Positions 1 to 19,782 of a stretch of DNA of 64,000 nucleotides are shown one piece after another. The position numbers and the translations under genes were made by a program. The notes below the pieces were generated by a model, which was not told where the DNA came from, did no database searches, and saw only the letters and a program-made list of their open reading frames with translations. The stretch covers positions 1,178,001 through 1,242,000 of the forward strand of contig NIVC01000038.1 in the NCBI GenBank assembly GCA_002269645.1, written 5' to 3'. The stretch's first letter is position 1, and each line of letters opens with the position of its first letter. Source of the stretch: Macrostomum lignano (taxonomy: Eukaryota).

Positions 1-560
1 TCCTCACAGAGCATACCGTAAAAATCATAAATTGTCTTCGTCATAAATTCGCGTGCTTCACATTTTTCAAAGCCCTACTGACCCGGCTAAAGCACCCCCG
101 GCGGAAAGGCCGTTGCATCAATTTTTCTTTTATCTCTCACTCTCATTTCGCCATCTCGACGGCTCCGCTACGGCAGCGTGACCAAAAGAAGCAAAAAAGC
201 AGTTGCGTTTCTGGTGCTGCGTACATTGAAGAAGATTTCATATTTTACTCTGCCTCATTTGTCTCCTGCGTCTTGCTGCTTGGAGAGGGGTTGGGCATCT
301 CTGCAACCCTCAGTGGGAGCCAGAAGCGCTCTTAAAAATGGGAAACAAACAGGCGGCATCCATTAGCCTCTGTTGCCGACAAAGAGAAAGGAGGAGAGGA
401 GGCCAACTTTGACCAGCTTCAGTGCGTGGCGCATCAAAACAGACGAAAGCTAGAGGCAGAAGGAAATGCAATGCGGAAGTAAGGGTCAGGCGTACCCCCG
501 ATTCTGAACGGCGAATAGAAGTGCAGCAGAGTGAAAGATTTTTTGAGGACACGGACACGG

Positions 561-8659
<8,099 letters not shown>

Positions 8660-8984
8660 TTCGAGTCGAGTTTGCCAACTCTTCAAAGCTCGCGTCCTAA
8701 TAATGATAATGAGGTTTCTTTAATGATATTCTCGGAGTTGCTCAATAGTTTACATGGTCTCAGGTTTCTCGATCGGGCGACTTGTCCAAAAACCGAGAAA
8801 CGCTTTTTACGATTACGTAATCAAATCTGCGGGTTTTTATACGAAAGCAGTCTCTCGATAGCTATGTGTATAGGTGTAAAGTTCGTTTACCTTTGTCTCT
8901 TCTGGCTTTCTGGTTTAACTTTTTATTCACGAGCTGAAGGTATGCATGGGTGGGCCTGTTTAGGAGAAGACGTAGGAACAAGAA

Positions 8985-9115
8985 TAGCTTTCGCGTCAGC
9001 CAATGAAATCGGGTCTGCAGCGGAGGAAGAGAAGAGGGGATGCCTGTTCCGTGTGTCCTCAGCCCCGCCTCCCCAAGGAGCCATGGAGAACCAACAGAAG
9101 CAATCAGGAATGGGA
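8985..9115 (-). promoter_or_regulatory. Putative core promoter upstream of the TTC28-like gene (CCAAT and GC-box motifs)
   Basis: GCCAATGA near 9000 and GCCCCGCCTCC near 9062, about 350-400 bp upstream of the ATG at 8659. Motif evidence only. Confidence 0.35.
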
Positions 9116-9194
9116 TTTTTTCTCCTTATTTTTGGCAGGAAATTTTAGAATTTAAAATTTTTAGCATATAAGAATTGTACAAAAGGCGTTTGCA

Positions 9195-10025
9195 ATATGG
9201 CACCAAAACAGCTGTCAAATTGGCGCCAAAACAGCTGTCAAATTGGCGCCAAAACAGCAGTCAAATTTACAGCTAAAGCAACTGTCAAATTGGCGCCAAA
9301 ACAGCTGTCAAGATGACGCCAAAACTGCTGTCAAGATGGCGCCAAAACAGCTGTCAAATTGGCGCCAAAACAGCTGTCAAGATGACGCCAAAACTGCTGT
9401 CAAGATGGCGCCAAAACAGCTGTCAAATTGGCGCCAAAACAGCTGTCAAGATGACGCCAAAACTGCTGTCAAGATGGCGCCAAAACAGCTGTCAAATTGG
9501 CGCCAAAACAGCTGTCAAGATGACGCCAAAACTGCTGTCAAGATGGCGCCAAAACAGCTGTCAAGATGGCGCCAAAACAGCTGTCAAGATGGCGCCAAAA
9601 CAGCTGTCAAATTTACAGCTAAAGCAACTGTCAAATTGGCGCCAAAACAGCTGTCAAGATGACGCCAAAACTGCTGCCAAGATGGCGCCAAAAAGCTGTC
9701 AAATTGGCGCCAAAACAGCTGTCAAGATGGCGCCAAAACAGCTGTAAAATTGGCGCCAAAACAGCTGTCAAGATGACGCCAAAACCGCTGTCAAGATGGC
9801 GCCAAAAAGCTGTCAAATTAGCGCCAAAACAGCTGTCAAGATGGCCCCAAAACAGCTGTCAAGATAGCGCCAAAACAGCTGTCAAGATGACGCCAAAACA
9901 GCTGTCAAGATAGCGCCAAAACAGCTGTCAAGATGACGCCAAAACAGTTGTCAAGATGGCGCCAAAAAGCTGTCAAATTAGCGCCAAAACAGCTGTCAAG
10001 ATGGCGCTAAAGCTGCTGTCAAATT
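9195..10025. repeat. Tandem repeat, ~22-bp unit (TGGCGCCAAAACAGCTGTCAAA/G)
   Basis: Direct reading, more than 30 copies. Confidence 0.95.
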
Positions 10026-10456
10026 GGCATAAACTGTGGTCCAATTAGTCAAGCAACAAGACGAGTACATTTAATTTTACTTTCATCCAATCCATACTCT
10101 AACTCTAAATAGATGTCCTTGAACCCGCGCCCGAAGTCCCTTTCTCTCTCCTGTCTTCCTTACCCCAAGCGAAGTACAAAGCTGGCAGCGGAGAGGTGAA
10201 CTCAGGCTACAGCTCTCACTTTAGTCAACAAAAGACTCCCAATTGTACGCCTGGCCTCCGCTCTGAATATACTTGTAGGAGACTAATTGGGGTCTAGAAA
10301 CAGTATGGGACCAACTCAGCCACATTTTGTACACCAAAGCTTAAAAAGTATTGTAATTTTGTACTTTTCATGAGCAACTTTCACTTGCTGTGTGTTGAAT
10401 TATTGGAGTAGTTCTGTCAGGGAGAGGCGAGGGTAGGGAAGAGGGCCTGCATTGCC

Positions 10457-10958
<502 letters not shown>

Positions 10959-11829
10959 TTGTTTTGCAGGCAGCATGTCCGGCTGCAAAGACTGGAGGAT
11001 CAGCGAGCCGATGACATAAAAGAATTGCGTTGTCTCGCCCGCTGCTGCTCAAAGAATTCCGTCAGCAGTGCTCAAGCAGCAACCACAGACTGAATCCGCT
11101 GAGGCGAACCACTTTGCAAAACTGCTGCAAGAAAACAAAGAATGTTTCATAAACTTTACGCTCTTTAGGCAATCAAAATAGGTTTCTAGTTTAGAAAACA
11201 GTAGCAGCACTGCAACTAGTGCAGTTACATTTCCAGTAGCAAAACTTCATGTCAATCCTTTTTTCGAAAAAAACTCAAATTTTTCAGCATATTCGCCCTA
11301 TCCGCTACTTATCCCAGTAGAATCTTTAGTTTTGTCATCATTATGAGTAAAGTTCAAGTTCAAGTTCAAGTAAATTTTATGATTACTAAATACTGGATAA
11401 CTCATTCGGTGACATCTGATTGACGAATGAATATGGACAGGTGAAGAATTTCACCTTGAATAGTCAGTTGTGTTGACAAGTTGTGTCCTTTTAAATATAG
11501 CAGGTTTTTTGCCTCTCACGCAGGAGACACCATCATAGCAGAAGAACTCCGCAGAACATGCAATGAATAGGCATATATTTGCGCTTATATACCAGCAACA
11601 TTAATAATAATATTAGTTTGAAAATGCGCTTAAAACAATGTCTTAAAACAACAACAGCATGGTCCTGAAAGTCTCTTTTACGTGAATAAACCATCAGGTC
11701 GAGCTTACGAAAACTGCATTTGGAGGAACAAACTCGGACAACTTATGGACATCTGTTGCAACCATAACTCTGGATTCGCTTGCGAGTGCATAGACCCCTC
11801 TGCGAATCTGAGGTTCTTTGATTGGAAGA

Positions 11830-12470
11830 TGGTGCTGGCGCCCCTGGTGCTGGCGCTTCTGGTGCTGGCGCCTCTGGTGCTGGCGCCTCTGGTGCTGGCG
11901 CCTCTGGTGCTGGCGCCTCTGGTGCTGGCGCCTCTGGTGCTGGCGCCTCTGGTGCTGGCGCCTCTGGTGCTGGCGCGTCTGGTGCTGGCGCCTCTGGTGC
12001 TGGCGCCTCTGGTGCTGGCGCCTCTGGTGCTGGCGCCTCTGGTGCTGGCGCGTCTGGTGCTGGCGCCTCTGGTGCTGGCGCCTCTGGTGCTGGCGCCTCT
12101 GGTGCTGGCGCCTCTGGTGCTGGCGCCTCTGGTGCTGGCGCCTCTGGTGCTGGCGCCTCTGGTGCTGGCGCCTCTGGTGCTGGCGCCTCTGGTGCTGGCG
12201 CCTCTGGTGCTGGCGCCTCTGGTGCTGGCGCCTCTGGTGCTGGCGCCTCTGGTGCTGGCGCCTCTGGTGCTGGCGCCTCTGGTGCTGGCGCCTCTGGTGC
12301 TGGCGCCTCTGGTGCTGGCGCCTCTGGTGCTGGCAACTCTAGCTCTAGAAAGGCAACTCTAGCTCTAGAAAGGCAACTCTAGCTCTAGAAAGGCAACTCT
12401 AGCTCTAGAAAGGCAACTTTAGCTCTAGAAAGGCAACTCAAGCTCTAGAAAGGCAACTCTAGCTCTAAAA
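11830..12470. repeat. 15-bp GC-rich tandem array (GGTGCTGGCGCCTCT, ~33 copies) followed by a 20-bp array (GGCAACTCTAGCTCTAGAAA, ~7 copies)
   Basis: Direct reading; the 15-mer lacks stops in several frames, giving spurious ORFs. Confidence 0.95.
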
Positions 12471-12959
12471 GGCAGAGGCGAAGAGATAAATCTGTCTATT
12501 TGTTGGCTGGCTATTTTTGTATGCAGAGTTTAACAAGATTGTACAATCTTCTACAGCAACAATGACTGTAGGTTGTGTACTCGTCATACGGTACTAACAT
12601 TTTGCTAAGTATCTTAATATAGTGGATGCTACAGATGTCTGCAACAAATTTAATCTTCAGCCACTTTACTGACAGAGGACAGGATGAACAGGTCAGTAAG
12701 ATGTTTATGTTTCATATCCACTGTCATGCATACATGTACGAATAACTTCGAAAAATTAAAACAAGTACATGTACGTCACTCGCCATTAAAATAGTAAAAA
12801 AAAGTAGAACGGCTACTCTGTTTTGGTAGTAAGAGCTCGAAGTTGTTTAAGCTGTGTAACATAAATTGTATCGTAAACATAAACTGTGTAATAAAAAAGT
12901 GGAGCATATGGGAACAACGAGCATTTAGCTACGCAGCCACGCATGCAAAGGTCACGGTT

Positions 12960-13655
12960 ACAGAGCCACAGAGCGGACGAAGTCCGCTCCGTTGGAGTGT
13001 CGGGTGCCCCAGCGTGGCACAGCAGGCAGTCCACGTATCCATCACGGGTTTGGGCCTGACCCCGCCTGAACGGGCCCTGCAAAGTGAGCAGCAGGACGTC
13101 CTGAACAGGTTGGGGGCAGTAGCCCTTGATCACGTGGCCCGCCAGTTGAAGTCGCTGCCGGCGCAGGATGATGAACGGGCGCTGCAGCTTGGCCCGATCG
13201 TACAGGGCCTCGGTCCCGACGCTCGATCTCGTCAGCTTAAAAGACCGCGCGGAGCAGCCCTGAGTGCACCGAGTCCAGCTGCCGCTCTAGCGTAGCCGTC
13301 AGCGTCCAAGTCTCGGCGTTGTAGAGCAGGACGGTTTTGACCACCGCCTGCCACAGCCGAGCCCTCTGGCGATCGGGCAGCGCTTCAGACTGGAGGACGG
13401 CCCGGATCGAACGGAAGGCTGCCCGGGGCAAGTCCTCTGCGCCGCCGGAGGTCTTCCTCCACGTAGGGCACCAGACCGCCGAGGTAGGTGAACCGCTGGC
13501 AGCATGCGAGCTTGGTCATCTGCCCGTCTGCGCCGCGGCACGTCAGGTCCGCTGGGATGTCGGCCGGCACAGTCAGCACCTCGGTCTTTAGCGTGTTGAC
13601 GATCAGACCGACGCTCGATGCCAGCTCGACCAGCCTGTCGATCGCTCGATGTACG
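12960..13655 (-). mobile_element. 5'-truncated, frameshifted non-LTR retrotransposon (RTE-like LINE), RT C-terminal region
   Basis: Translation GLIVNTLKTEVL...FTYLGGLV...WAAFRSIRAVLQS...RARLWQAVVKTVLLYNAETWTLT...RLQLAGHV matches the RT thumb and downstream motifs of RTE-type LINEs. Frameshifts split it across three ORFs. The 3' boundary is approximate. Confidence 0.85.
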
Positions 13656-13848
13656 TAAATGAACGCAAGACAGATTAAACTCAGCCGAGGGGGCAGGCCC
13701 AATCTGGCTCAGCCAATGAGAAAGCAGTAAGGAGGGGTCGTTAAAGTCAGGAGTCTAGGGGGGCAGGCCTAATCTAGCTCAGCCAATCAGAGAGCAGTAA
13801 GGAAAAAGGTCAAAGTCAGACGTAAGCCAAACTATTTACCCACCAGGC

Positions 13849-15480
13849 TGGTGTTGTATCTCTAATAGATAATCGGCTTAGCTTAATAATCCGCTCAGTC
13901 GCGGTGGCCGTCTTCAGTACGACGTATATTTGCATACGGTTACAGTCACGCGTATAATTGTCTATGACCAAAGCCACACAACTAAGGCTGGGGATACACC
14001 ATCTCCCCTTTCAAAGTTCAACTATCATAGGTTTTCCTCCTATAGGTCAACCTGTAGCATCTGAGGTTTCTTAGTCTCTCGCCGAATCGGGTCCTCCTTG
14101 GCTCGGCCGACCCTCCGGATGCTCCAGGCATGCCTTGCTCGGTAGCACCGTCCGCGGCGGTCTTCTTGGCCTCGATTGGGCTGACTGGGATCCGCTTCCT
14201 GATGAACTTGCGGTTCCGCCGTAGACATCTCCCACTCGCCAGTCGAATCATGAAATCTCGGTTCCGTCCGGCTTCCACGATCACGCCGTACTTGTCCCAT
14301 CATCCGGTGTGACAGTCCTGAACCACCACTCTGTGATGCACTTTGATGTCCGGCAGGGGCTGAGCGTCTTGGTTGTAGTATTTCTCCGTAGTCGCCTTGA
14401 CTCTAGCCTGCTTCTCCTCGATCTCAGCTGCAGATTTTTGCCATTCAGGTGCGAACGCTCTTCTGTGTGCCGGAATCGTGTCACGAATTGGGTGGCCGAA
14501 CACTGTTTCAGCTGGGGACTTGCCGTCGTATCTTGGAGTGTTGAGATAGACTAAGAGGCCTTTTGACAGTTTCTCCCAGTCCAGCGTGCCAGTCTGATGG
14601 TTCCAAGACCCTCTGACGATCTTCTTCATTTCTTTCACCCCAGCTTCGGCGCGTTCGTTGCTCTGTGGATAATGTGGAGACGATACTCGGTGTTCGACGT
14701 TCCAGCGTGCTAGTAGGAAATCCTTGAAATTTTTTGCGTTGAATTGTGGACCGGCGTCTGACCAGAAAATGTCGGGGACCGATTTCTCGACGAATCGCTG
14801 TCGGATAGCACTGACGACTTTGGTTGCGGGTGTGTCATCGCCAAGGTAATTGAGAGCTGCCCAACCGGATAGGCCATCCACGATGACAAGGAAATTCTTC
14901 CCTGCATATTCAAATAGATCCGCGTAGATCTCTTGGAAGACTCGTTCCGGTGGCTCTGGAACGACCATGGGTTCCTTCGCCAGGCTAGGAAGATTTTCTT
15001 GGCATGGTTTGCACGTCTTAGCGATCTGCTCGATGTCGTTGATCAGGCCAGGCCAGAAAATGCTTTGCCTTGCTTGCTCCTTCATTTTGTGGCATCCCCT
15101 GCTGCATCTTCAGGAGATTTTCGAGGACGCTTCTCCTTAGCTTCCTAGGGATCAGTAGCCGTCTTCCAGCCAGGATGAGGTCGTCTTCGACGCAGAGTTG
15201 TTGCCGTAGGTGCCAGTACGCACGGATATTCTCTTGGAGGTTCGCCTTGCAGTTTGGAAAACCATCTAGGATTATCTTCTTGAGAAGCCGATATTCTGAA
15301 TCACGGTTTGCTGCTTCGGAGATTTCTTTCTCCGACTGCAACAAAGCGTGCACTGAGCTGATAGCCTGCTCCCTGTTGTCGAATTCCAGGATCTGATCGC
15401 TCGCTTTAGGCTCCTCCACCGGCGCTCTGGACAGTGCGTTAGCGTCATCATTTAGCTTGTACTTGATCCACCGAGCATTG
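13849..15480 (-). mobile_element. Decayed Ty3/gypsy LTR retrotransposon: partial pol (RNase H end, H2C2 zinc finger, rve integrase), PPT and a short 3' LTR
   Basis: ADALSR-like NALSRAP; zinc-finger region ...FWPGL...CKPCQ (HQG His degenerate); integrase EIYADLFEYAGKNFLVIVDGLSGW, SDAGPQF, SSPHYPQSNERAE. Frameshift near 15090 and an in-frame stop at 14300-14302. PPT AAAGGGGAGA (14002-14011, minus strand) precedes a TGGTGT...ACACCA-bounded LTR at 13849-14001. Confidence 0.9.
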
Positions 15481-16082
15481 ATGCACCAGCTGGGGTCTGG
15501 TGCGCCACCAATTTTCTCTCCAAATTTTCGCTCCACAAGTAAACTGAATTTAGCATTTTCAAGTTTTCCTTTAATCTTCAGTCTTGATTTTTTCGGGGTC
15601 ATCACATGGCCGAGTCATTGACACACCTTGAATGCGCTAGTGCTATTGCGGATCCCTGCAAGGCTTTGGGGTGGAGTACGGCGATACAGGAAATTAGTAG
15701 CTACCCTGTTACATGTACACGTGTCTTTCTGCACAGTACTGAAAATATAAGACAATATTAGATAAGATAGAGCTGTAGAGAGTGAGAGAGAGAGAGAGAG
15801 AGATTCATAAAGTCTGTTTATATTCACAGCTTGGATAAATTAGAAAAATAAAAAATACATGCATTCGAGCTAAAAGCTGTTTTACCCAGATACATATAAT
15901 TCTTGCTGCCTTAGAACACAACAGGTAAAGTTGAAATACGAATTTCTTTTCTTTATTATTTCCATAGACATTCATGGAAAAGTAACTAACTTTATTAGTA
16001 GCAGAAGCCTATTCTACCAATTTTGAAACTTTTGTGGCACAAAAAACGTTTAACGAGTCAATTAAAACAGTCGAATACCCAG

Positions 16083-16423
16083 TGTGTACGGGGGGTGCTT
16101 TCACAAGGTCGAAATTTCATAACACCGAAAACTCTTGTAAGAACCTTCATAAGGTCGAAATTTCACAAAGTCGAAACTTCACAAGGTCGAAATTTCACAA
16201 CATCGAAAACTTAATACTCGTATAACAAGAACTATGCTAAAGTTTTCTACCTTGTTTTCTACGTTGTGAAATTTCGACCTTATGAAGTTTCGACCCTGTG
16301 AAAGTGGCTGCTATTTGAGTTTTCGTGTTATAAGATTTCGACCTTGTGAAATTTCGATCTTGTGAAAGAAGGTGCTTTCGACGTTGTGAAATTTCGAGTT
16401 TGTGAAATCCCCCCTGTGTACAC
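16083..16423. mobile_element. Small foldback/MITE-like element with inverted arrays of TTTCACAAGGTCGAAA subterminal repeats
   Basis: The left half carries (TTTCACAAGGTCGAAA)-type repeats and the right half their reverse complement. Imperfect termini GTGTAC-G6-7...TTTCACAA. No clear TSD. Confidence 0.6.
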
Positions 16424-17202
16424 TCGTTGAGTCACGTGACACGACAGTTCGTTTCCAAGAAATAAGCTTCGGCGGAAAAAGCGTACTGCCTGCACAAAAT
16501 TATAACAATATTAAACACATAGCCAAAACTGAATTTTTACAAATTCATGGTCTCTTTTTAAAGATTGAAAAATTGTTCACAACTGGCACTATCAAGTTTC
16601 ATTTCAAATTGAGCGGAAGTTTATAAGGCAAGAAATTATGAAACTTTTTTGCTTTGCTTAACAAAAGGGAATCTCCTCTTTTGAACCTACCTATTTCAAC
16701 CCTCTCCCCCAATGTACACTCAATGTACATTTGCAAAGTATACGTATCTTTGCTATTACCGCGTAAAAATAAGGAACTACGAGCTGTTTAGCTGGAATAA
16801 GCTCTGGCAACTCTAAATGCAGAACAGTTTTTAGAAGAACTCATGCAATACACATTTGCACTTGTCTCAAACTTGTGAAGCAACGGTAAGTTCTAAAGGG
16901 GCTGATCGAAAATTACCTTGGAATTTCAGTTGATCATGACTATACATCTACATCCCGAGTAATGTGTATTTTGAATGAGCAGGTAAATATAGTTTCACTT
17001 GGCCAATAATAAACGCTTGAAGTTGCTTAAATTTTAGTTCAACAGTTCGCTCAATCTCGACAGCTATTCGAAGAAGGACATGCCAAATCTAATCAGGGCC
17101 TACGTCTTAGGTCGGAGACGCTGGAGGATTAAAATTTGGAATTCTGTTTGAATACAAAAGTCTTTTGGAAGAAGGCATCCCGCCACTCAGTTTGTTATTT
17201 AT

Positions 17203-19782
17203 GTGGTGTTTAACAAAAACTCTGTCAAAAATCGATTGACGTCAGCTTTAGCATTTACTCGGATAAAGAATATTGAATTTTTTGCTTGCCAAGTGTTTGA
17301 TAGAGAATCAGTGCTGACTGTCGCTAAAATTGGTCGTTTGAAACTGCTCGACTCAATCAGATCCCAACTAATGGACACAGGACTATGCTTAGAGGCTGCT
17401 AAATGTGGCGCACAGTTTGGTCGTGTGTCAGTTGTGCGCTGTCTGTATTTAAAACTGCAAAGAGAATTTATTGACGAATTCTGCATTGAGACAGCGAAAT
17501 CTGCGGCCACATATCACCAGTGGGAAATTGTTCAACTCTTGATGACGTCCACTCTGCAGCACTGGCGATCGGATGAGACTTCGCTGACAGTCGTGAACCT
17601 GCCGACCGAGGAGAGCATGTTTGCAGACTTCTGCATGGTTGAGTTCAGAGACACGCCAAGTATGAACCTGATAGAGATGATGAAGTTTTTGCTTCAACAG
17701 ATCTCTGACATCCCGGACAGGGATCGGTGCAGCCTGGAGGTGGCGAAATTTGCTGCTAAGAAAACCGAATGGGAAGTCGTGAAACTTTTAGTAGCCAGCG
17801 TTACAGACTGCTTTGCAAGAGATCAGTGCTTCTTTGAATTCATAGAAGATGTCGCAGTAAAATGCGAGTGGAGCACCCTGAATCTGTTTTTGCACTGTAT
17901 AATAAAAGACGATCTAAAGAAGATTTCCTGTAAGAAAGCAGTCTCTGCCGCTTCAACAGTAGGAAATTATGAAGTTCTAAAGCTTTTTAACCAGATCGTG
18001 GTTGATTCTACGTTGAAATTTCATTGCTGCGCGGTTTTCGTAAACGGAGTTGCAGAATGTGGCGATTCTAAGATAATAATTTTGCTGCTCGAGCAGATTT
18101 CTGATGAACGTCTGCGCGATCAGTGCTGTTCTGAAGGGGCAAAGTCCGCTGCCAAGTTCGGGCATCTGGAATTGTTGAAACTATTGTCTCGGGAAATTAC
18201 TCACCCGGAGCTAAAAGAGACTTGCTACGTACAAGCTGTGAATGCCGCTGCAACAGAACGCCAGTGGGAGGCTGTGGAGTTCCTGCTGAAGGTGGCATGC
18301 GATCAAACCATGAGGGTCAAATGCTGCACAAAGGCTGCTAAGTCGGCAGCAAGATTTGGAAATTTAAAGATTCTTGACTATGCTGTTAATTTGATATGCG
18401 ACTTAAATTTCAAAGATAGCTGCTGCTTACAGGCAGCGCTGATTGCTGCAGATGAGCATCAGTGGGAAGTGGTGAAATTTCTTGTGCAGACTGTGACAGA
18501 CAGAAATGTGAGAGATCGGTGCTGCATGGAGGCAGTGAGGCCTGCTGCACGAGACAGTCAGTGGAAAGTGGTGAAGTTTCTGGTCCAGACCATTTCTGAC
18601 CAAAGCCTGAGAGACCAGTGCTGCATTGAAGCGGCAAAATCTGCAGCAATCAACGGTGTTTTGAAGGAGGTGAAGGTCCTGGTGCATACAGTCGCTGACC
18701 AAAAATTGAGAGATTACGGTTGCAAGGAGGCAGCGAAATCTGCTGCAGTCAATGGTCAGTTGGAGGTGGTAAAGTTTCTGGTTCAGACAGTCGCTGACCA
18801 AACAAACAGAGATCAGTGCTGCATTGAGGCAGCAGTATCTGCTGCAAGTGAGGGTCAGTGGGAAGTATTGAAGTTTCTGGTGCAGACAGTCGTTGACCAA
18901 ACAAACAGAGATCAGTGCTGCATTGAGGCAGCAAAATCTGCTGCAAGCAAAGGTCAGTGGGAGGTGGTGAAGTTTCTGGTTCAGTCAGTCGCTGACCAAA
19001 CAAACAGAGATCAGTGCTGCATTGAGGCAGCAAAATCTGCTGCAAGCAAAGGTCAGTGGGAGGTGGTGAAGTTTCTGGTTCAGTCAGTCGCTGACCAAAC
19101 AAACAGAGATCAGTGCTGCATTGGGGCAGCGAAATATGCTGCTGAAGAGGGTCAGCTAGAAGTCGCGAAGTTCTTCATCTCGTGTATCTCAAGTCCGGAT
19201 CCCAAAGCCAATCTCCGTTTCCAATATGCAGTCGCGGCTTGCTCTCGTCTTCATGAAGATGTCGTTGCATCCCTCGGCCTCGAGCCCGACTGGCTCTTCC
19301 AATCCAGCACCATCCTCAGCTTCACTGCAGCAATGGCCATCGAAGGCAGGAACTCTGTTCTCACCGACACCCTCTCTCGAATGCAGCCAGCTCACATCAC
19401 ACAGCTGCTTCGTCTCTCCATCTCTCAAAGACACGTGGCTCTTGCTGTCACACTGATCAATGATGAGCGAGTCAGCACACAGCATGTCGATCTGCCAGAC
19501 AGCACTGGAGCCACTGCTCTCATGCTGGCAGCTGATGAAGGTCATCACGAGCTCATTGAGAAACTCATCGATCTCGGTGCGTCAGTGCGTGCTGAAGACA
19601 GTCAGGGTCGGACTGCTCTGTCACGAGCGTGCGAAGCCGGTCACGTGCGAGCAGCCAAGGCTCTGATGAACAGAGGAGCGGATGCGAGTCATCAAGACGG
19701 TCGGGGTCTGACGTGTGCGCAGGTGGCACAGCGATTTGAGCAGCGGCAGGTGCTCCGACTTCTTGAACAGAATTCAGTGTGA
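17203..19782 (+). CDS. Ankyrin-repeat coding exon: ~15 atypical 33-aa repeats plus ~3 canonical C-terminal ankyrin repeats
   Basis: Repeat DQCCIEAAKSAASKGQWEVVKFLVQSVADQTNR is 33 aa. Canonical repeats DSTGATALMLAADEGHHELIEKLIDLGA and DSQGRTALSRACEAGH...GA. Uninterrupted 2.58-kb ORF. Confidence 0.92.
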   Translation: MVFNKNSVKNRLTSALAFTRIKNIEFFACQVFDRESVLTVAKIGRLKLLDSIRSQLMDTGLCLEAAKCGAQFGRVSVVRCLYLKLQREFIDEFCIETAKSAATYHQWEIVQLLMTSTLQHWRSDETSLTVVNLPTEESMFADFCMVEFRDTPSMNLIEMMKFLLQQISDIPDRDRCSLEVAKFAAKKTEWEVVKLLVASVTDCFARDQCFFEFIEDVAVKCEWSTLNLFLHCIIKDDLKKISCKKAVSAASTVGNYEVLKLFNQIVVDSTLKFHCCAVFVNGVAECGDSKIIILLLEQISDERLRDQCCSEGAKSAAKFGHLELLKLLSREITHPELKETCYVQAVNAAATERQWEAVEFLLKVACDQTMRVKCCTKAAKSAARFGNLKILDYAVNLICDLNFKDSCCLQAALIAADEHQWEVVKFLVQTVTDRNVRDRCCMEAVRPAARDSQWKVVKFLVQTISDQSLRDQCCIEAAKSAAINGVLKEVKVLVHTVADQKLRDYGCKEAAKSAAVNGQLEVVKFLVQTVADQTNRDQCCIEAAVSAASEGQWEVLKFLVQTVVDQTNRDQCCIEAAKSAASKGQWEVVKFLVQSVADQTNRDQCCIEAAKSAASKGQWEVVKFLVQSVADQTNRDQCCIGAAKYAAEEGQLEVAKFFISCISSPDPKANLRFQYAVAACSRLHEDVVASLGLEPDWLFQSSTILSFTAAMAIEGRNSVLTDTLSRMQPAHITQLLRLSISQRHVALAVTLINDERVSTQHVDLPDSTGATALMLAADEGHHELIEKLIDLGASVRAEDSQGRTALSRACEAGHVRAAKALMNRGADASHQDGRGLTCAQVAQRFEQRQVLRLLEQNSV

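Noticed and set aside
11743-12382. Silk/elastin-like (GAGAS)n or (APEAP)n ORFs
   Set aside because: The 15-bp unit is stop-free in several frames on both strands, and there are no convincing flanking splice sites or signal peptide; treated as a satellite.
15480-15520. PBS or hairpin marking the 5' end of the gypsy element (TGGTGGCGCACCAG)
   Set aside because: No matching LTR copy upstream and no convincing tRNA complement; the element simply appears truncated.
17203-19782. Ankyrin ORF as a complete stand-alone intronless gene
   Set aside because: It starts at GTG, and its stop overlaps a phase-matched donor leading to a Met-less cGLR exon. The fusion model is preferred, though an ankyrin-only isoform is not excluded.
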